Virus record (IMG/VR): IMGVR_UViG_3300028025_004880
Source of the DNA: a virus
Taxonomy: Duplodnaviria; Heunggongvirae; Uroviricota; Caudoviricetes
Length of the DNA stretch: 64,000 nt
Strand: one strand, 5' to 3'
Under the pieces are notes generated by a model, which saw only the letters and a list, made by a program, of their open reading frames with translations, had not been told where the DNA came from and did no database searches. Both the position numbers and the translations under genes were made by a program. Shown here one piece after another: positions 9,802-22,000 of the stretch (position 1 is its first letter; the number at the start of each line of letters is the position of its first letter).

Positions 9802-10194
9802 ATGGCAAATAATACTAGAACATTCGTTGACTTAAACCTCAACTTCACGAAACACCCAGTTACAGGCGATATCGCAGTTTTACTGGATGAGAATGCCATC
9901 AAGCGTTCTGTTCGTAATCTTGTTTTAACAAAAAACTATGAGCGTCCTTTCCACAGCGAAATTGGCTCTCAAGTTACAGCACTTTTGTTTGAATTGGCAG
10001 ACCCATTTACCGAAGCAGTAATTAGACAAAGTATTATTGATCTAATAAACACGTTTGAGCCAAGAGTAAGTTTAATAGATGTTCAAGCTGTATATGATGA
10101 GGGTAATAATTCGATTGCTGTCCGAATAGATTTTAAAATTTTAAACACATCAGTCCCAGTTACACTGGACTTAGTCTTAGAGAGATCTCGATAA
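9802..10194 (+). CDS. gp25: baseplate wedge protein gp25 (GPW/lysozyme-like fold)
   Basis: 130 aa (T4 gp25 is 132 aa). MANNTRTFVDLNLNFTKHPVTGDIAVLLDENAIKRSVRNLVLTKNYERPFHSEIGSQV matches the gp25/GPW family. The track ORF 9739.. overlaps the PAAR gene; the ATG at 9802 follows the PAAR stop. The gp5-gp25-gp6 order is that of marine/cyanophage T4-likes. Confidence 0.75.
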   Translation: MANNTRTFVDLNLNFTKHPVTGDIAVLLDENAIKRSVRNLVLTKNYERPFHSEIGSQVTALLFELADPFTEAVIRQSIIDLINTFEPRVSLIDVQAVYDEGNNSIAVRIDFKILNTSVPVTLDLVLERSR

Positions 10195-12033
10195 ATGGCA
10201 ACAACAAATAAAAGAATAAAGATTGGCGAACTTGGTTTTGATGGCATTAAAGATAATTTAAAAGATTATCTAAAAGCGCAAACACAATTTCAAGATTATA
10301 ATTTTGAAGGATCTGGTCTTTCTGTTTTGCTAGATGTCCTTGCATATAATACACATTATAATGCTCTGTATACAAACTTAGCAGTAAACGAAATGTTTTT
10401 GGATTCAGCCAGCAAAAGAAACAGTGTTGTTTCAATTGCTAAAATGTTGGGATACTTGCCAAGATCTTCTCGAGCTGCACAAGCAACTGTAAATATTCAA
10501 ATCACACCGACATCTGTTACACCTCCACCATTTTTAGTTTTAGATGCTGGTACTGCATTTACTACTACCATAGATAGCCAATCGTATATACTATACACAA
10601 GAGAATCATTTACTAGTGCGCTTGTTGCTGGTAAATACACTTTTACTGGGGTAACATTATTTGAAGGAACACCATTAGAGTATCAGTTTACATTCCAAGA
10701 AGGCGCACGATACATTATACCGAATAATCAAATAGACACATCATTATTGAAGGTTAGTGTTCAAGAAGGATCGGTAGCTGGCGCATATACTGTATACACT
10801 TTCTCAAATAAAATTACATCGGTAGATGCAACAACAAGAGCATATTTCTTAAAAGAAGTTGATGATGGGTTGTACGAAATTTATTTCGGCGATGATATCA
10901 TAGGCTATAAACCATCAAATGGTAACACCGTATTGGTATCATATATTAGATGTAACGAAGGTAAAGTAAATGGCGCAAGCGTATTTAATATGCAAGGAAC
11001 AGTTGCTAATGTAGGAAATGTTGTAATAACAACTACTTCAGTTGCCAGTGGTGGCGCTGCTCCAGAATCTATCGCAAGTATCAAATCTAATGCACCAACA
11101 AACTATTCCGCACAAAATCGTGCTGTTACTGCTGAAGATTATAAAGTTATTTTACCACAATTATACAGTAACATCGATGCTATCTCAGTATGGGGTGGTG
11201 AAGAAAACGATCCGCCAATATATGGAAAAGTTTTCATTACTGTTAAACCAATTACTGGTGAGACGTTGACACCAGAGACAAAACTTAAAATAACAAACGA
11301 ATTACTTAAGAGTAAAAATGTTGTTTCTATAACACCTGAAATTATTGATGCTGAGTTTCTAAGAGTTAATTTAACAGCCACTGTTTATTATAATCCAACA
11401 ATAACTAATAATAGTGCATCTTCTATTTCATCGTTGGTTAGACAAGCCATTGTTAATTTTAACCAAACGCAATTAAATAAATTTGACAGTGTTTTGCGCT
11501 CTAGTACACTGACAAAAGTTATAGATGGTGCCGAGAAGGGTATTATTAACAGCATCATTTCAATTAGATTAACAAAATCGTTCGTACCAATTTTTAATCG
11601 TGTTCAAACATATAAAGTAAGTTTAGGAAATCCTATTTACAGCGAAACTGGTGTTAGCGGAACTGTAGTGAGTACTGGGTTTACTGTGTCGAACGATGCT
11701 ACAACATATTACCTAGAAGATAATGGACTTGGCTTCTTAAAAAGATTTTCTATAACAAACACTGGTCAAAAAATTGTTTCTCCAGGAACTTATGGAACTG
11801 TAAATTATCAAGATGGAAAAATTGTTCTTCAAAGCGTAAACATTACATCAGCTGTGGATAATAAAGTCGAATTTACTGTTAGACCTGCAGCGCAAGATGT
11901 TGTCTCAGTTAGAAATCAGCTGGCCACACTTAATGAAGCAAAAATTGTTCTAAACGTAATCGAAGATAAAGTTGCATCTGGCGAAACAACCGCAGGACAA
12001 TATGTCTTCACTAAAACAACTACGATAACATAA
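10195..12033 (+). CDS. gp6: baseplate wedge protein gp6-like
   Basis: 612 aa (T4 gp6 is 660 aa). Immediately follows gp25 with an ATAAATG overlap, and gp7/gp8 follow. Assignment by size and synteny; the N-terminal region is J-like. Confidence 0.6.
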   Translation: MATTNKRIKIGELGFDGIKDNLKDYLKAQTQFQDYNFEGSGLSVLLDVLAYNTHYNALYTNLAVNEMFLDSASKRNSVVSIAKMLGYLPRSSRAAQATVNIQITPTSVTPPPFLVLDAGTAFTTTIDSQSYILYTRESFTSALVAGKYTFTGVTLFEGTPLEYQFTFQEGARYIIPNNQIDTSLLKVSVQEGSVAGAYTVYTFSNKITSVDATTRAYFLKEVDDGLYEIYFGDDIIGYKPSNGNTVLVSYIRCNEGKVNGASVFNMQGTVANVGNVVITTTSVASGGAAPESIASIKSNAPTNYSAQNRAVTAEDYKVILPQLYSNIDAISVWGGEENDPPIYGKVFITVKPITGETLTPETKLKITNELLKSKNVVSITPEIIDAEFLRVNLTATVYYNPTITNNSASSISSLVRQAIVNFNQTQLNKFDSVLRSSTLTKVIDGAEKGIINSIISIRLTKSFVPIFNRVQTYKVSLGNPIYSETGVSGTVVSTGFTVSNDATTYYLEDNGLGFLKRFSITNTGQKIVSPGTYGTVNYQDGKIVLQSVNITSAVDNKVEFTVRPAAQDVVSVRNQLATLNEAKIVLNVIEDKVASGETTAGQYVFTKTTTIT

Positions 12034-12034
12034 A

Positions 12035-14587
12035 ATGTCTCTTGTAAAAACTAAAGTTTCAACTGCAGTTTCAAAACAAACTCCCCAGTTTGTAAGAGAA
12101 GACCATGAGACATTCATCAGTTTCTTAGAAGCATATTATGAGTGGTTAGAGCAAGAGTATAAAACTAGAGAATTAGAAAACATTCGAGATGTTGATGCAA
12201 CTCTTGATGAGTTTGTTGCTAATTTTAAAAACGAGTTACTGAACCAATTACCCGATTTCGCAATAACTGATAAGCGTTATCTGGCTAAAGTTATTCAAGA
12301 CGTATATCGTTCTAAAGGTACTGCGAAATCTTATGAATTTTTATTCAGAGCAGTGTTCAACGAAACACCTACATTATATTTTCCTAAAGTAGATTTACTG
12401 CGTGTCTCTGACGGTAAATACAGTCAAAAATCAATTTTACGTGTTGCCCCAAAATCCGCATTAACAGGGGATCCATTAAATTATTTGTCTCAAACTATTG
12501 TTCAGTATGATAATAATGGTAATGTTGTATCTTCGGCAAGAGTTGAGAATGTTGTGGCTGAACAAACAACAAGTGGATTAATATACAATTTAACACTTAA
12601 CGCAGATTCTATTATTGGCACATTTAGTCCAGGAATTGATGTTGAAGGTAGTAGTAACTCAAATTCTGGTCCATCGGTAATCATATCAACTGTAAAAACA
12701 GGTGTTACAAGTTTCCAAATAATTGATGGTGGTACTTATGCTTCAGTCGGCGATCCTGTTTCAGTTATTGCTGGTGTTGGTACTGGTGCAACAGTTGAAG
12801 TGGCAGAAGTATTTAATAATGGATCTGTTACAGAGATTATTATTGACGATCCTGGTAAAGATTACTCAGTCGGTCAAGAACTAATTTTTAATAACACCAA
12901 TACAGGTGGTGCATCTTCTAACCCTCTTGTTTCAGCGAGAGCTGTCATTTCAGAGGTAACAGGAACTGGTGGAATTAAAGCCATCAAATTGTTATCTGGT
13001 GGAAATTTTTATACAAAACTACCAATAGTCTCGGGACCAGTTCTACCACCAGTTGTTCCACCTCTCACTACTGGTGGTGCTGTGCTGTTAGCATCTTCCA
13101 ATAATATTGGTAAAATTACCAAATTACAAGTTTCAACTTTTGGACTAGATTATGAAAGTCCACCAATTTGCGTACCACCACTATCAGTTTTATTGACAGA
13201 CGTAAGCGAATTTTCTATTGGCGAAATTATACGTGGCGAACCACAAACCTTTTCTAAAGAAGATCTCGATGAACTGCTATTAGAATCAGGTGATAGATTT
13301 TTACTTGAATCACAGCAAGCACCAGAAGGTGTTTTGGTCGCAGCCGATACGGTAAGAAACCTTTACAAATTATTTCCTGTGTCGGATAGATTTGGTTATA
13401 TTCTTGAAGATGGCTCAGGTGCACTAACTACTGAAAGTGGTGACCAATTTGTTACTGAGGGATCTGCTAAATTTTTGAAGAACATGACTGTTAAAGGTTA
13501 TGGAACAAATGGCATAAACCCTTCAGGCTCACAAGGTAAACTTAGTGCAATCGCTCAAGCTGAGATAAAGGGTAACATTAGTACTGTTGGTGTTACGCAA
13601 GGCACGTTTTTAAATGCTGATGGAAAAATATCTGAAGCATCTAAACGTGTTCAGGATAGTTACTTCTATCAAGACTTTTCTTATGTTATTAAAGTTGGTC
13701 AATCAATTGACAAGTATCGAAGCATCGTTAGAAAATTATTACACCCAATAGGCTTGGCATTATTTGGTGAAGTAGCGATTCAATCTGTTGCTCCTGTTAA
13801 ATCGCAACTTTTTGCTGGCGCTCGAATACAGCTTCTTGGTCATGTGCTGGCAGCACTTATTAATGCTAAGATGAAAGCAGTAGGTAACTACCGAACAAAT
13901 AGTGAGCAATTTAATATAAACAAAGAACAAGTTACGTTATTCTTAGAAGATTTTGTAGCTTCTATTCTTTCATTATCTGTTTCTACTTCTGAGTTCTTAC
14001 CAACTATCAATTTCCCAAATCTAACACCTGCAGAGGTAAACCTATTAGATCTAAGAGCATTGACAAAACAAGATGTAGAAACTATTATTCTACAACAATT
14101 AAAACTTACAAAAGTTCAAACCAAGCCCAGCTATTATGAAAAGGAATTAGAAGTAAATCCAGATAGAACTGATGCGACAATTAAATTGGGTAACAGACTA
14201 AACTGGTTAGAAAAATGGAAATTTACATTTGCTCCATATGTGGCTGGCAGCAAAGGGAGCATTCAGGTTTATAAGGGTGATTGGGTTCAACCATATCCTG
14301 GATTAAACAACAATTACTGGACTATTGGTAGCACACAAATTAAAGATTTCGGAGATATAACGATCTCCGACGTTATAAATAACCCTAATAGAAGAGTAAA
14401 TCTTGCGTTCGAATCATTCATCGATGTAGTCGCTTTACCAAGGGGTGCTATTACATTCGATAAGATAACTGGTGGACATTCATTCGACAACAACTTGGCA
14501 TACCGATTTGATGCTGATTCAATTGAACTTGACAATACTGCATATTCAATGGACAACAATAAAATCAAATTCGACAATCTAACATAA
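12035..14587 (+). CDS. gp7: baseplate wedge initiator gp7-like
   Basis: 850 aa ORF between the gp6-like gene and a well-supported gp8. Assignment by synteny and size. Confidence 0.5.
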   Translation: MSLVKTKVSTAVSKQTPQFVREDHETFISFLEAYYEWLEQEYKTRELENIRDVDATLDEFVANFKNELLNQLPDFAITDKRYLAKVIQDVYRSKGTAKSYEFLFRAVFNETPTLYFPKVDLLRVSDGKYSQKSILRVAPKSALTGDPLNYLSQTIVQYDNNGNVVSSARVENVVAEQTTSGLIYNLTLNADSIIGTFSPGIDVEGSSNSNSGPSVIISTVKTGVTSFQIIDGGTYASVGDPVSVIAGVGTGATVEVAEVFNNGSVTEIIIDDPGKDYSVGQELIFNNTNTGGASSNPLVSARAVISEVTGTGGIKAIKLLSGGNFYTKLPIVSGPVLPPVVPPLTTGGAVLLASSNNIGKITKLQVSTFGLDYESPPICVPPLSVLLTDVSEFSIGEIIRGEPQTFSKEDLDELLLESGDRFLLESQQAPEGVLVAADTVRNLYKLFPVSDRFGYILEDGSGALTTESGDQFVTEGSAKFLKNMTVKGYGTNGINPSGSQGKLSAIAQAEIKGNISTVGVTQGTFLNADGKISEASKRVQDSYFYQDFSYVIKVGQSIDKYRSIVRKLLHPIGLALFGEVAIQSVAPVKSQLFAGARIQLLGHVLAALINAKMKAVGNYRTNSEQFNINKEQVTLFLEDFVASILSLSVSTSEFLPTINFPNLTPAEVNLLDLRALTKQDVETIILQQLKLTKVQTKPSYYEKELEVNPDRTDATIKLGNRLNWLEKWKFTFAPYVAGSKGSIQVYKGDWVQPYPGLNNNYWTIGSTQIKDFGDITISDVINNPNRRVNLAFESFIDVVALPRGAITFDKITGGHSFDNNLAYRFDADSIELDNTAYSMDNNKIKFDNLT

Positions 14588-14605
14588 ATTTAGGAGACAG
14601 CAAAC

Positions 14606-16018
14606 ATGGCTGCTATTATAACAACAAAATTTCGTATTCACAACGCACAAGCATTCAAAGAAGGTTTCGATGAAGCTGCAGCAACCAATATCTATCTTGG
14701 AATAGGTAGACCACAATCTTGGTCAAACGATAACGCACCAGACACACCGAAAGATACGGTTTCTGATGAGTTGTATTATTGGGATGATATGATTGCATTG
14801 AAGCGTGTTCAGACATCTGACGTAGCTTTATCAATCGTTCGTCGTAATTGGACAACAGGAAAGTATTATGACATTTATCGCCATGACTATAATGGAACAA
14901 CTACTGGTGTAAACATTAACGATGGTGGTGTAACAACTCCAGCAACATTGGCAGATGCAAACTTCTTTGTTATTACAGACGAGTATCATGTCTATAAATG
15001 TATTAGCAATAGAAACTCAGCAGGTACTGTTGTTCAATCAACAAGCAAGCCAACAGGAACTACCCCAAATGCACTAATCGGTCCATTGGCTGATGGATAT
15101 ATTTGGAAATATATGTTTACAGTTTCTCCAGCGGATGTGCTAAAATTCGTTTCTACAGACTTTATTCCTGTAAAAACATTAGCAAGCAATCCTGGAACTA
15201 CTGACGCATACTATACGCAATGGCTATCACAAAATGCTGCTATCGATGGCGCACTTGATCACGTTCTAGTAACAAACCAAGGAACCAGTTATGCAACTGT
15301 TCCAACTGTAGCGATTGCTGGTGACGGAACAGGCGCTACTGCCGTTGCTACTATCGACGTAGGAACAGGTAAAGTTACAAAAATCACACTAACAAATAGA
15401 GGTACTGGTTATACATATGGTACTGTTACACTAACAGGTGGAACATCTGGCACACCAGCAACAGCTTCCCTTATCATTTCACCAAAGGGTGGACATGGTA
15501 AAGACCCAGTTGAAGAACTTGGTGGTTTTTATGTTATGATGAATGTTCGTTTAGAATATGATGATGGCGCTGGTGACTTCCCAGTCGACAATGATTATCG
15601 TCGTATTATGTTGGTTCGTGATCCATTCAACTTTAATACATCAGTAGTTGCCTCATCTACTACGTTACGTTCTATGCGTGTTCTTACTGTAACTGGTGTT
15701 TCAGGAACATTCGTGCCAGATGAAGTAATTACAGGTGGATCTTCAACAGCTAAAGGTCGTATTGTTCGTGTATGGAGCGAATCTGGTACAAATTATATCA
15801 GCTATGTTCAAACAAGAGCTGAGAATCTTACAGGTTTATTGTTTACTAATGGTGAAGGTATTACTGGCGCAACAAGTTCAGCGACTGCTACTATTGGCGC
15901 AATCGCATTACCAGAAGTTCAACCAGATAGTGGCGATGTAATGTACGTAGAAAATAGACGTCCAATTAATCGTGCCCTTGACCAGATTGAAGATATTAAA
16001 ATCATTGTTGAAATGTAA
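14606..16018 (+). CDS. gp8: baseplate wedge protein gp8
   Basis: N-terminus ITTKFRIHNAQAF..GRPQSWSNDNAPD aligns to T4 gp8 (VTSKFRTEKMLNFYNS..GRSEPWSSNENE). C-terminus GDVMYVENRRPINRALDQIEDIKIIVEM aligns to GEMIYMENRPPIIMAMDQTEEINILFTF. Confidence 0.85.
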   Translation: MAAIITTKFRIHNAQAFKEGFDEAAATNIYLGIGRPQSWSNDNAPDTPKDTVSDELYYWDDMIALKRVQTSDVALSIVRRNWTTGKYYDIYRHDYNGTTTGVNINDGGVTTPATLADANFFVITDEYHVYKCISNRNSAGTVVQSTSKPTGTTPNALIGPLADGYIWKYMFTVSPADVLKFVSTDFIPVKTLASNPGTTDAYYTQWLSQNAAIDGALDHVLVTNQGTSYATVPTVAIAGDGTGATAVATIDVGTGKVTKITLTNRGTGYTYGTVTLTGGTSGTPATASLIISPKGGHGKDPVEELGGFYVMMNVRLEYDDGAGDFPVDNDYRRIMLVRDPFNFNTSVVASSTTLRSMRVLTVTGVSGTFVPDEVITGGSSTAKGRIVRVWSESGTNYISYVQTRAENLTGLLFTNGEGITGATSSATATIGAIALPEVQPDSGDVMYVENRRPINRALDQIEDIKIIVEM

Positions 16019-16056
16019 TAATAAATATATGCTAATAACACTGTTAGGTAAACCGA

Positions 16057-19000
16057 ATGACAATTAACTTTAACGTAAACCCATATTACGACGACTACGC
16101 AGACGAAGATTTATTTCTTCGTGTGTTGTTTCGTCCAGGATATGCGGTTCAGGCAAGAGAATTAACGCAAGCCCAAACAATTTTACAAAAACAAGTAAGT
16201 CGTTTGGGTGACCATATATTTAAAAATGGATCAATGGTCATTCCTGGTGGTGTAAACGTAGACAACCAAGTACACTTTGCTAAACTAGAAGATTTGTATC
16301 AAGGTATTGCTGTTAAATCATACCTGACACAGTTTGTTGACAAAGTTATAACTGGTACAACTTCAGGACTTAAAGCTGTAGTAGTTGACACTTCAGAGTG
16401 TGCATGCGTTTTAGCAGATGAAAAAGAAATCGCTACATTGTATTATAAAATTGATGGTACAGGCGATGATGATACAACAAAGAGATTTATTCCTGGCGAG
16501 CAATTAATTGCGTATGAAGTAGACAATCAAACTACAACAAACTATCGTTTGGCAACAAACCAAACAGGCGACCTTGTTGTAAACATAAGAGGATTCGGTG
16601 ATACTGGTTTAGTTGGAACCACATACACAAACAATCCGATTAAAGACGTATTGGGTTATGGATATGTTGTTGAGGTTGAAGCTGGTATCTATTATATTGA
16701 TGGATTTTTCGTTAGAAATGAAGAACTCCATCTTTACATCGGAAGATTTAGTACAGACACAACTGCTCGTGTTGGCTTCAGTGTAACCGAAACAATTGTT
16801 ACACCAGAAGACGATGGCGCATTAAACGATAATGCTCAAGGAACAAACAACTTTGCAGCTCCTGGTGCGCATCGCTATAAGATAGAACTCTCTTTAGCGA
16901 AAAAACAACTATTAACAACAGATGAAGATAGATTTATTGAACTTGTTCGTGTTAAACAAGGACGTGTTCAGCAAATCTTATCTAAGTCATCATATGCCGA
17001 ACTAGAAAAAACATTTGCCAGAAGAACATTCGATGAGTCAGGTAGTTATGAAGTAAATAAATTTAAACTTTCTGCCTTTGAACATTTACAAGATGCGAAT
17101 AATCCACTGGGAATTTATACAGCTACCGATGGTGGTAATGAAGATAAATTCGTTGTTGAGATTGATCCTGGAAAAGCGTATGTTCAGGGCTACGAAATCG
17201 AATCTGTAGCGGGGCAATATTTATCATTAAATAAAGCACGTGATGCAGCAACAGGGCATATTCTCTCTTTAAATAATCAGCCTGTTGCAACACCTGTTGG
17301 AAATTATGTACTTGTAAGAAACATATACAACTACCCAGACTTCTCAACATTCTCTACAGTATATCTTGTAAAAAAACTTAACGCATCTGGTGGCGCAGCA
17401 CCATCAGCAGCTGATGTAATCGGTACTGCTAAAGTAAGATCTTTCCAGCTACACAACGGAGACTACGCTACTCCAATATTCAAATTAAGTTTATTTGATA
17501 TTAAAATTGATGCAGGGTATTCTTTTGAGAATCACGTAAAATCAATTGTGAGTGGTTTATCTGGCTCAACAAATTTCACATGTAATATTGTTTCCAACAA
17601 TAAACAACTGACAGGTTCTGCAACATCAGCAACTAATACTACAGCAGTTACAGGTACTGGTACTAAATTTACTTCTGAACTTGTGGCAGATGATGTTATC
17701 TTTATCGATGGTGTTCAAGCAGGAACACTGGCATCAACACCAACAAATAACGCAGCATTAACATTATCCGCAAATAGTGCCGTGGCGAAAACTGCTGGTA
17801 TCGTTTCTGTGTTTAGAGCAAAAATATTTGAACCTGATTCTCAGGCACTAATATTTAAAATTGGTTACGAATCTATTAAAACATTACTAGGATTTGATGG
17901 CTCGGCATATTCGCTGAACGAAACGTCATCAAAAGTAAGAAGAATTTTTGGTACGAAAACTGCAGCGGACAATAAGATTGAATATACACTTAACACCAAC
18001 TTAGAAACTTTCCCTTCTGATTTAGATATTTCTAACTATCTGTTGTATAACACATCGACTAATGCTGTCGTTGCAATAACACCCGCCGATGTAACAATTA
18101 CAGTAAATAACACCAAGGTGGAAATTTCTGGTTTAACTAATGGTACAATTTATCGCTTAATTGCAACAGTTACACAGGCTAATACTGAAGGTAGTGCGAA
18201 AGAAAAAATCTTAGCAACAAACACAGAATATATTACTGGCCAAAAAACTGTTATTAATAAAATTATCCCACTAGCGAAAAATGATTTGTTGAAGATTGAC
18301 AGCATCATTATGAATGCTGGCGACTTTACAGGTAACACTTTTACTACAGGTATTGATGTTACTAATCGCTTTACGCTTGATGATGGTCAACGTGATACGC
18401 ACTACACAAATGGTTCGCTTGTTCTAAAACCTGGAGAAGCTGTACCATCTGGTGCACTAAGAGTAGTTTACAAATATTTTAATCATGGTGGTACTGGTGA
18501 TTATTTCTCTGTAGATTCTTACACCAACTCTATTAATAATAATCCTACATTTAACTATGAAGACATTCCATCTTATTCAGTAAAAAATGCAGATGGAAAA
18601 GTGGACACTATTTACCTACATGATGTTATTGACTATCGTCCATGTATCGGTGGTAACAATACAAGTTTCAACGAAATACCAGTTATTGGTAACGAGATGA
18701 CAACTGACATCGCTTACTATTTACCACGTTTCGATAAAATTGTTCTAGATTCAGTCGGTCGTTTTAATGTTATAACAGGTGTTCCATCTGCGAACCCACA
18801 AGAACCACTAGATCCAAAAGACGGAATGGTTCTTGCTTCCGTTATGATTCCAGCTTACACAAAATCAGTCAGTGACATTAAATTCTATCAACGTGACAAT
18901 CGTCGCTACACAATGCGCGATATCGGCGATTTGGAAAGAAGAATTTCAAATCTTGAATATTATGTTTCATTAAATCTTCTTGAAACTGAAACAGCCCAGT

Positions 19001-22000
19001 TACAAATTAAAGATGCAATCACTGGTATTGATCGCTTTAAAAACGGATTTATCGTTGACCAATTTACTGGTCATGGAATAGGCGATGTTAAGAATGAGGA
19101 TTACAGAGTTTCTATTGATACTGTCAATAGAGAACTTCGCCCAATGCACGAAACTAATGCCGTAGCAATTGTTGAGGATCTAGAATCTGCAGCACAGCGT
19201 GTCAACTCAGGATATGCAAAAACTGGCGACATTATTTCTTTACCATACACTAAAGAACCATTCATCTTCAACCCAAATGCAACAAGAACAATTGATGTTA
19301 ACCCATATAAAATTGGCGCATTCAAAGGTGAGATAATTTTAAATCCAGAAAGCGATGTTTGGAAAGACACTGAACGTAGACCAGACTTAACTGTTGTTGA
19401 CGATAATGGATACGATGCTATTCGCTTTATGGCTGAACAGCTTGGTGTTACTGGAACACAGTGGGGTGAGTGGCAAACTAACTGGACAGGTATCTCTACT
19501 GCAACTTCAACATGGCAAACTGGTAATCCAAACGCACGTCGTCAAACTGTTACTGGCTTCGAGCAAACAGTTACTACACAAACAGGAACATCCTCTAGAG
19601 AAGGAATTCAAACATCATTAACTGGCACAACTAACGCAGTTGATTATGGTGATCGTGTAGTTGATATTTCTTACGCACCATACATGCGTGCAAGACCTAT
19701 TGTTTATGTAGCAAAAAATCTGAAGGCGCAAACTAAATTTTATGCATTCTTTGATGGTAGATCTATCAGTCAATTTATTAAACCAGCGGACGTGTTTAAA
19801 GTTAATTTAGCAACTGGTGCTAATAAAATGATTTTTGATCCTGCGCAATTGACAGAAAATATTTTAACTGACAGTATCGCTAGAACAGAGAATGGTATTG
19901 TTCAACCAGCATTTAGCGTTGGTGACGTAGTAGAAAATGAAACACATACACCAACAAACATTACTAGCATTTCGCATATAACCAATGTGCTTGGCGCATC
20001 TTCGTTCACAATATCCGTAGCTTCTGCGACGCAAATAAAACCTGGACACTTTGTTCAACTTTACAACTTGGGTCCATCTAGAGTGATCGCTTCAACTAAT
20101 ACGTTGTTTGCTGATCAAGTTAGAGGAAATTCTACAATAATTGATTACACACTTAATACCAGCAGAGAATTAAATTACAGAATCTTTAAAGTAACCAATG
20201 TATCTGGAACAACACTGACATTGGCTGATCCGAATGGCGCAACTATTCCAGCATTTAGTGCATATAATACTGCAGCATATAACAATGGCGATGGTGGTAA
20301 AGTAAAACGTCTAACAGCTTCTGGTGTTGTTGCATTTGCTGGTGCGGTAACTACTTACACTACTGTGAATAATGTAGTATATCCATCTGATATGGAAATT
20401 CATGTTGTAAATATTAAAAATGGATTCGCTCCTGGTGATGTTTTACAAGGAACCACTGATATAGAGATTGGTATTAAAAATCGTGTAGACCTTGAGTTAA
20501 TAAATGGTACAGGTGTTGGTTTATTGCCAACAATGAAAGTGGTTGGCGATTCCATTAAGACTGATATTTGGGGATCTGCTGTTGGGGTGTATAATCTTCC
20601 CGAGGCAACATTCAAATCAGGTGAAAGAACATTTAAACTAATTGACAATATTTCTAACAGCGATGCAGACTTTGATTCGAAGGGGTCTGCTTTCTACATC
20701 TCATCTGGAACTACACTCGCAAAAGAAAGAACGATTGTTAATTCAAGAGATGTTCGTTTCGTTCAAGATAGACTTTATGAAGAAATACCAGTACGTAGAA
20801 CATCGACATCTACACGTGTGCTGTATTCATATTGGACAGGACATGATCCAGTTGCGCAAACATTCACAGTAAGTTCACTTGGTGGTGCGTTTGTTACTGG
20901 TGTTGATGTGTATTTCCAAGAAGCTGGCAATCGCCCAATTTCTATTGAGTTGAGAACAACTAATAATGGAGTGCCATCATCTAAGATCGTACCTCTAACT
21001 GAAGTTACTAAATCTCCGCAAGAAGTTAACACTTCAGAAAATGGATCTGTACCTACGAGATTTGAATTCGCATCGCCTGTATATTTACAAGATGCTGAAA
21101 CATATGCTCTTATCGTTAAGACTGATGAGCCAGGATGTCAAATCTTTGTTTCTGAATTGGGTCAAAGCGACATTATAACAAACAACATTGTAACATCGCA
21201 ACCATTAACAGGATCTCTATTCTTATCACAGAATACACAAGAGTTCCAAATTAATCCGTTACTAGATCTGAAGTTTACACTATATCAAGCAAAATTTGAT
21301 ACATCAGCTACGCTTACTGCTTCGTTTAAAGCAGTGCCACCAACTACTATTAATTTAGATGTAAATCCGTTTGAGATTTCAAAGGGTACTGCGAAAATTC
21401 GTGTTTCTGCTAAAAATCATGGATTTGCTGCTGGCGATAAAGTTGTCATTAGTCATGTACCGATTGGTAACTACGGAACGAATGATCCAGAATTAGGAAT
21501 TCCTTCTACATTATTGAATGGTATACAAACTGTAATCGCAGATGGACTTTCTGATAATAACTTTGTGTTTGAAATTGCTACACAAGACAATTTATCTCCT
21601 CCTAATTTATTGCTTGCGAAAAAAGCCACTGGACCCGTGCAAACTACACTAGCTACATTGGTAAAGGGTAACTATGGTGGTTCAGGAATTAAGATTAGTA
21701 GACAACTAAGCGCAGATCAAATCTACGTTAAGACTGCAGATTTAACATTCCCTGAAACAACTCTTAGATATAAAGTAAGCGCAGAAAATGCAGCAGGAAC
21801 TGCATCTCCATTTGCTTCTATTGTTACTAACTCTGACTATATCTTCGACACAAGAAAAGTTGTAAAATCTTTAGAAAACCAATTTGTTAACGTGGTGACA
21901 GGTGCTATTCGTCCTTCACTAAGATTACAAGCAGAACTATCATCTACCAATGAGAATGTATCGCCGATAATTGACATGCAAAAAATTACAACATATGTTG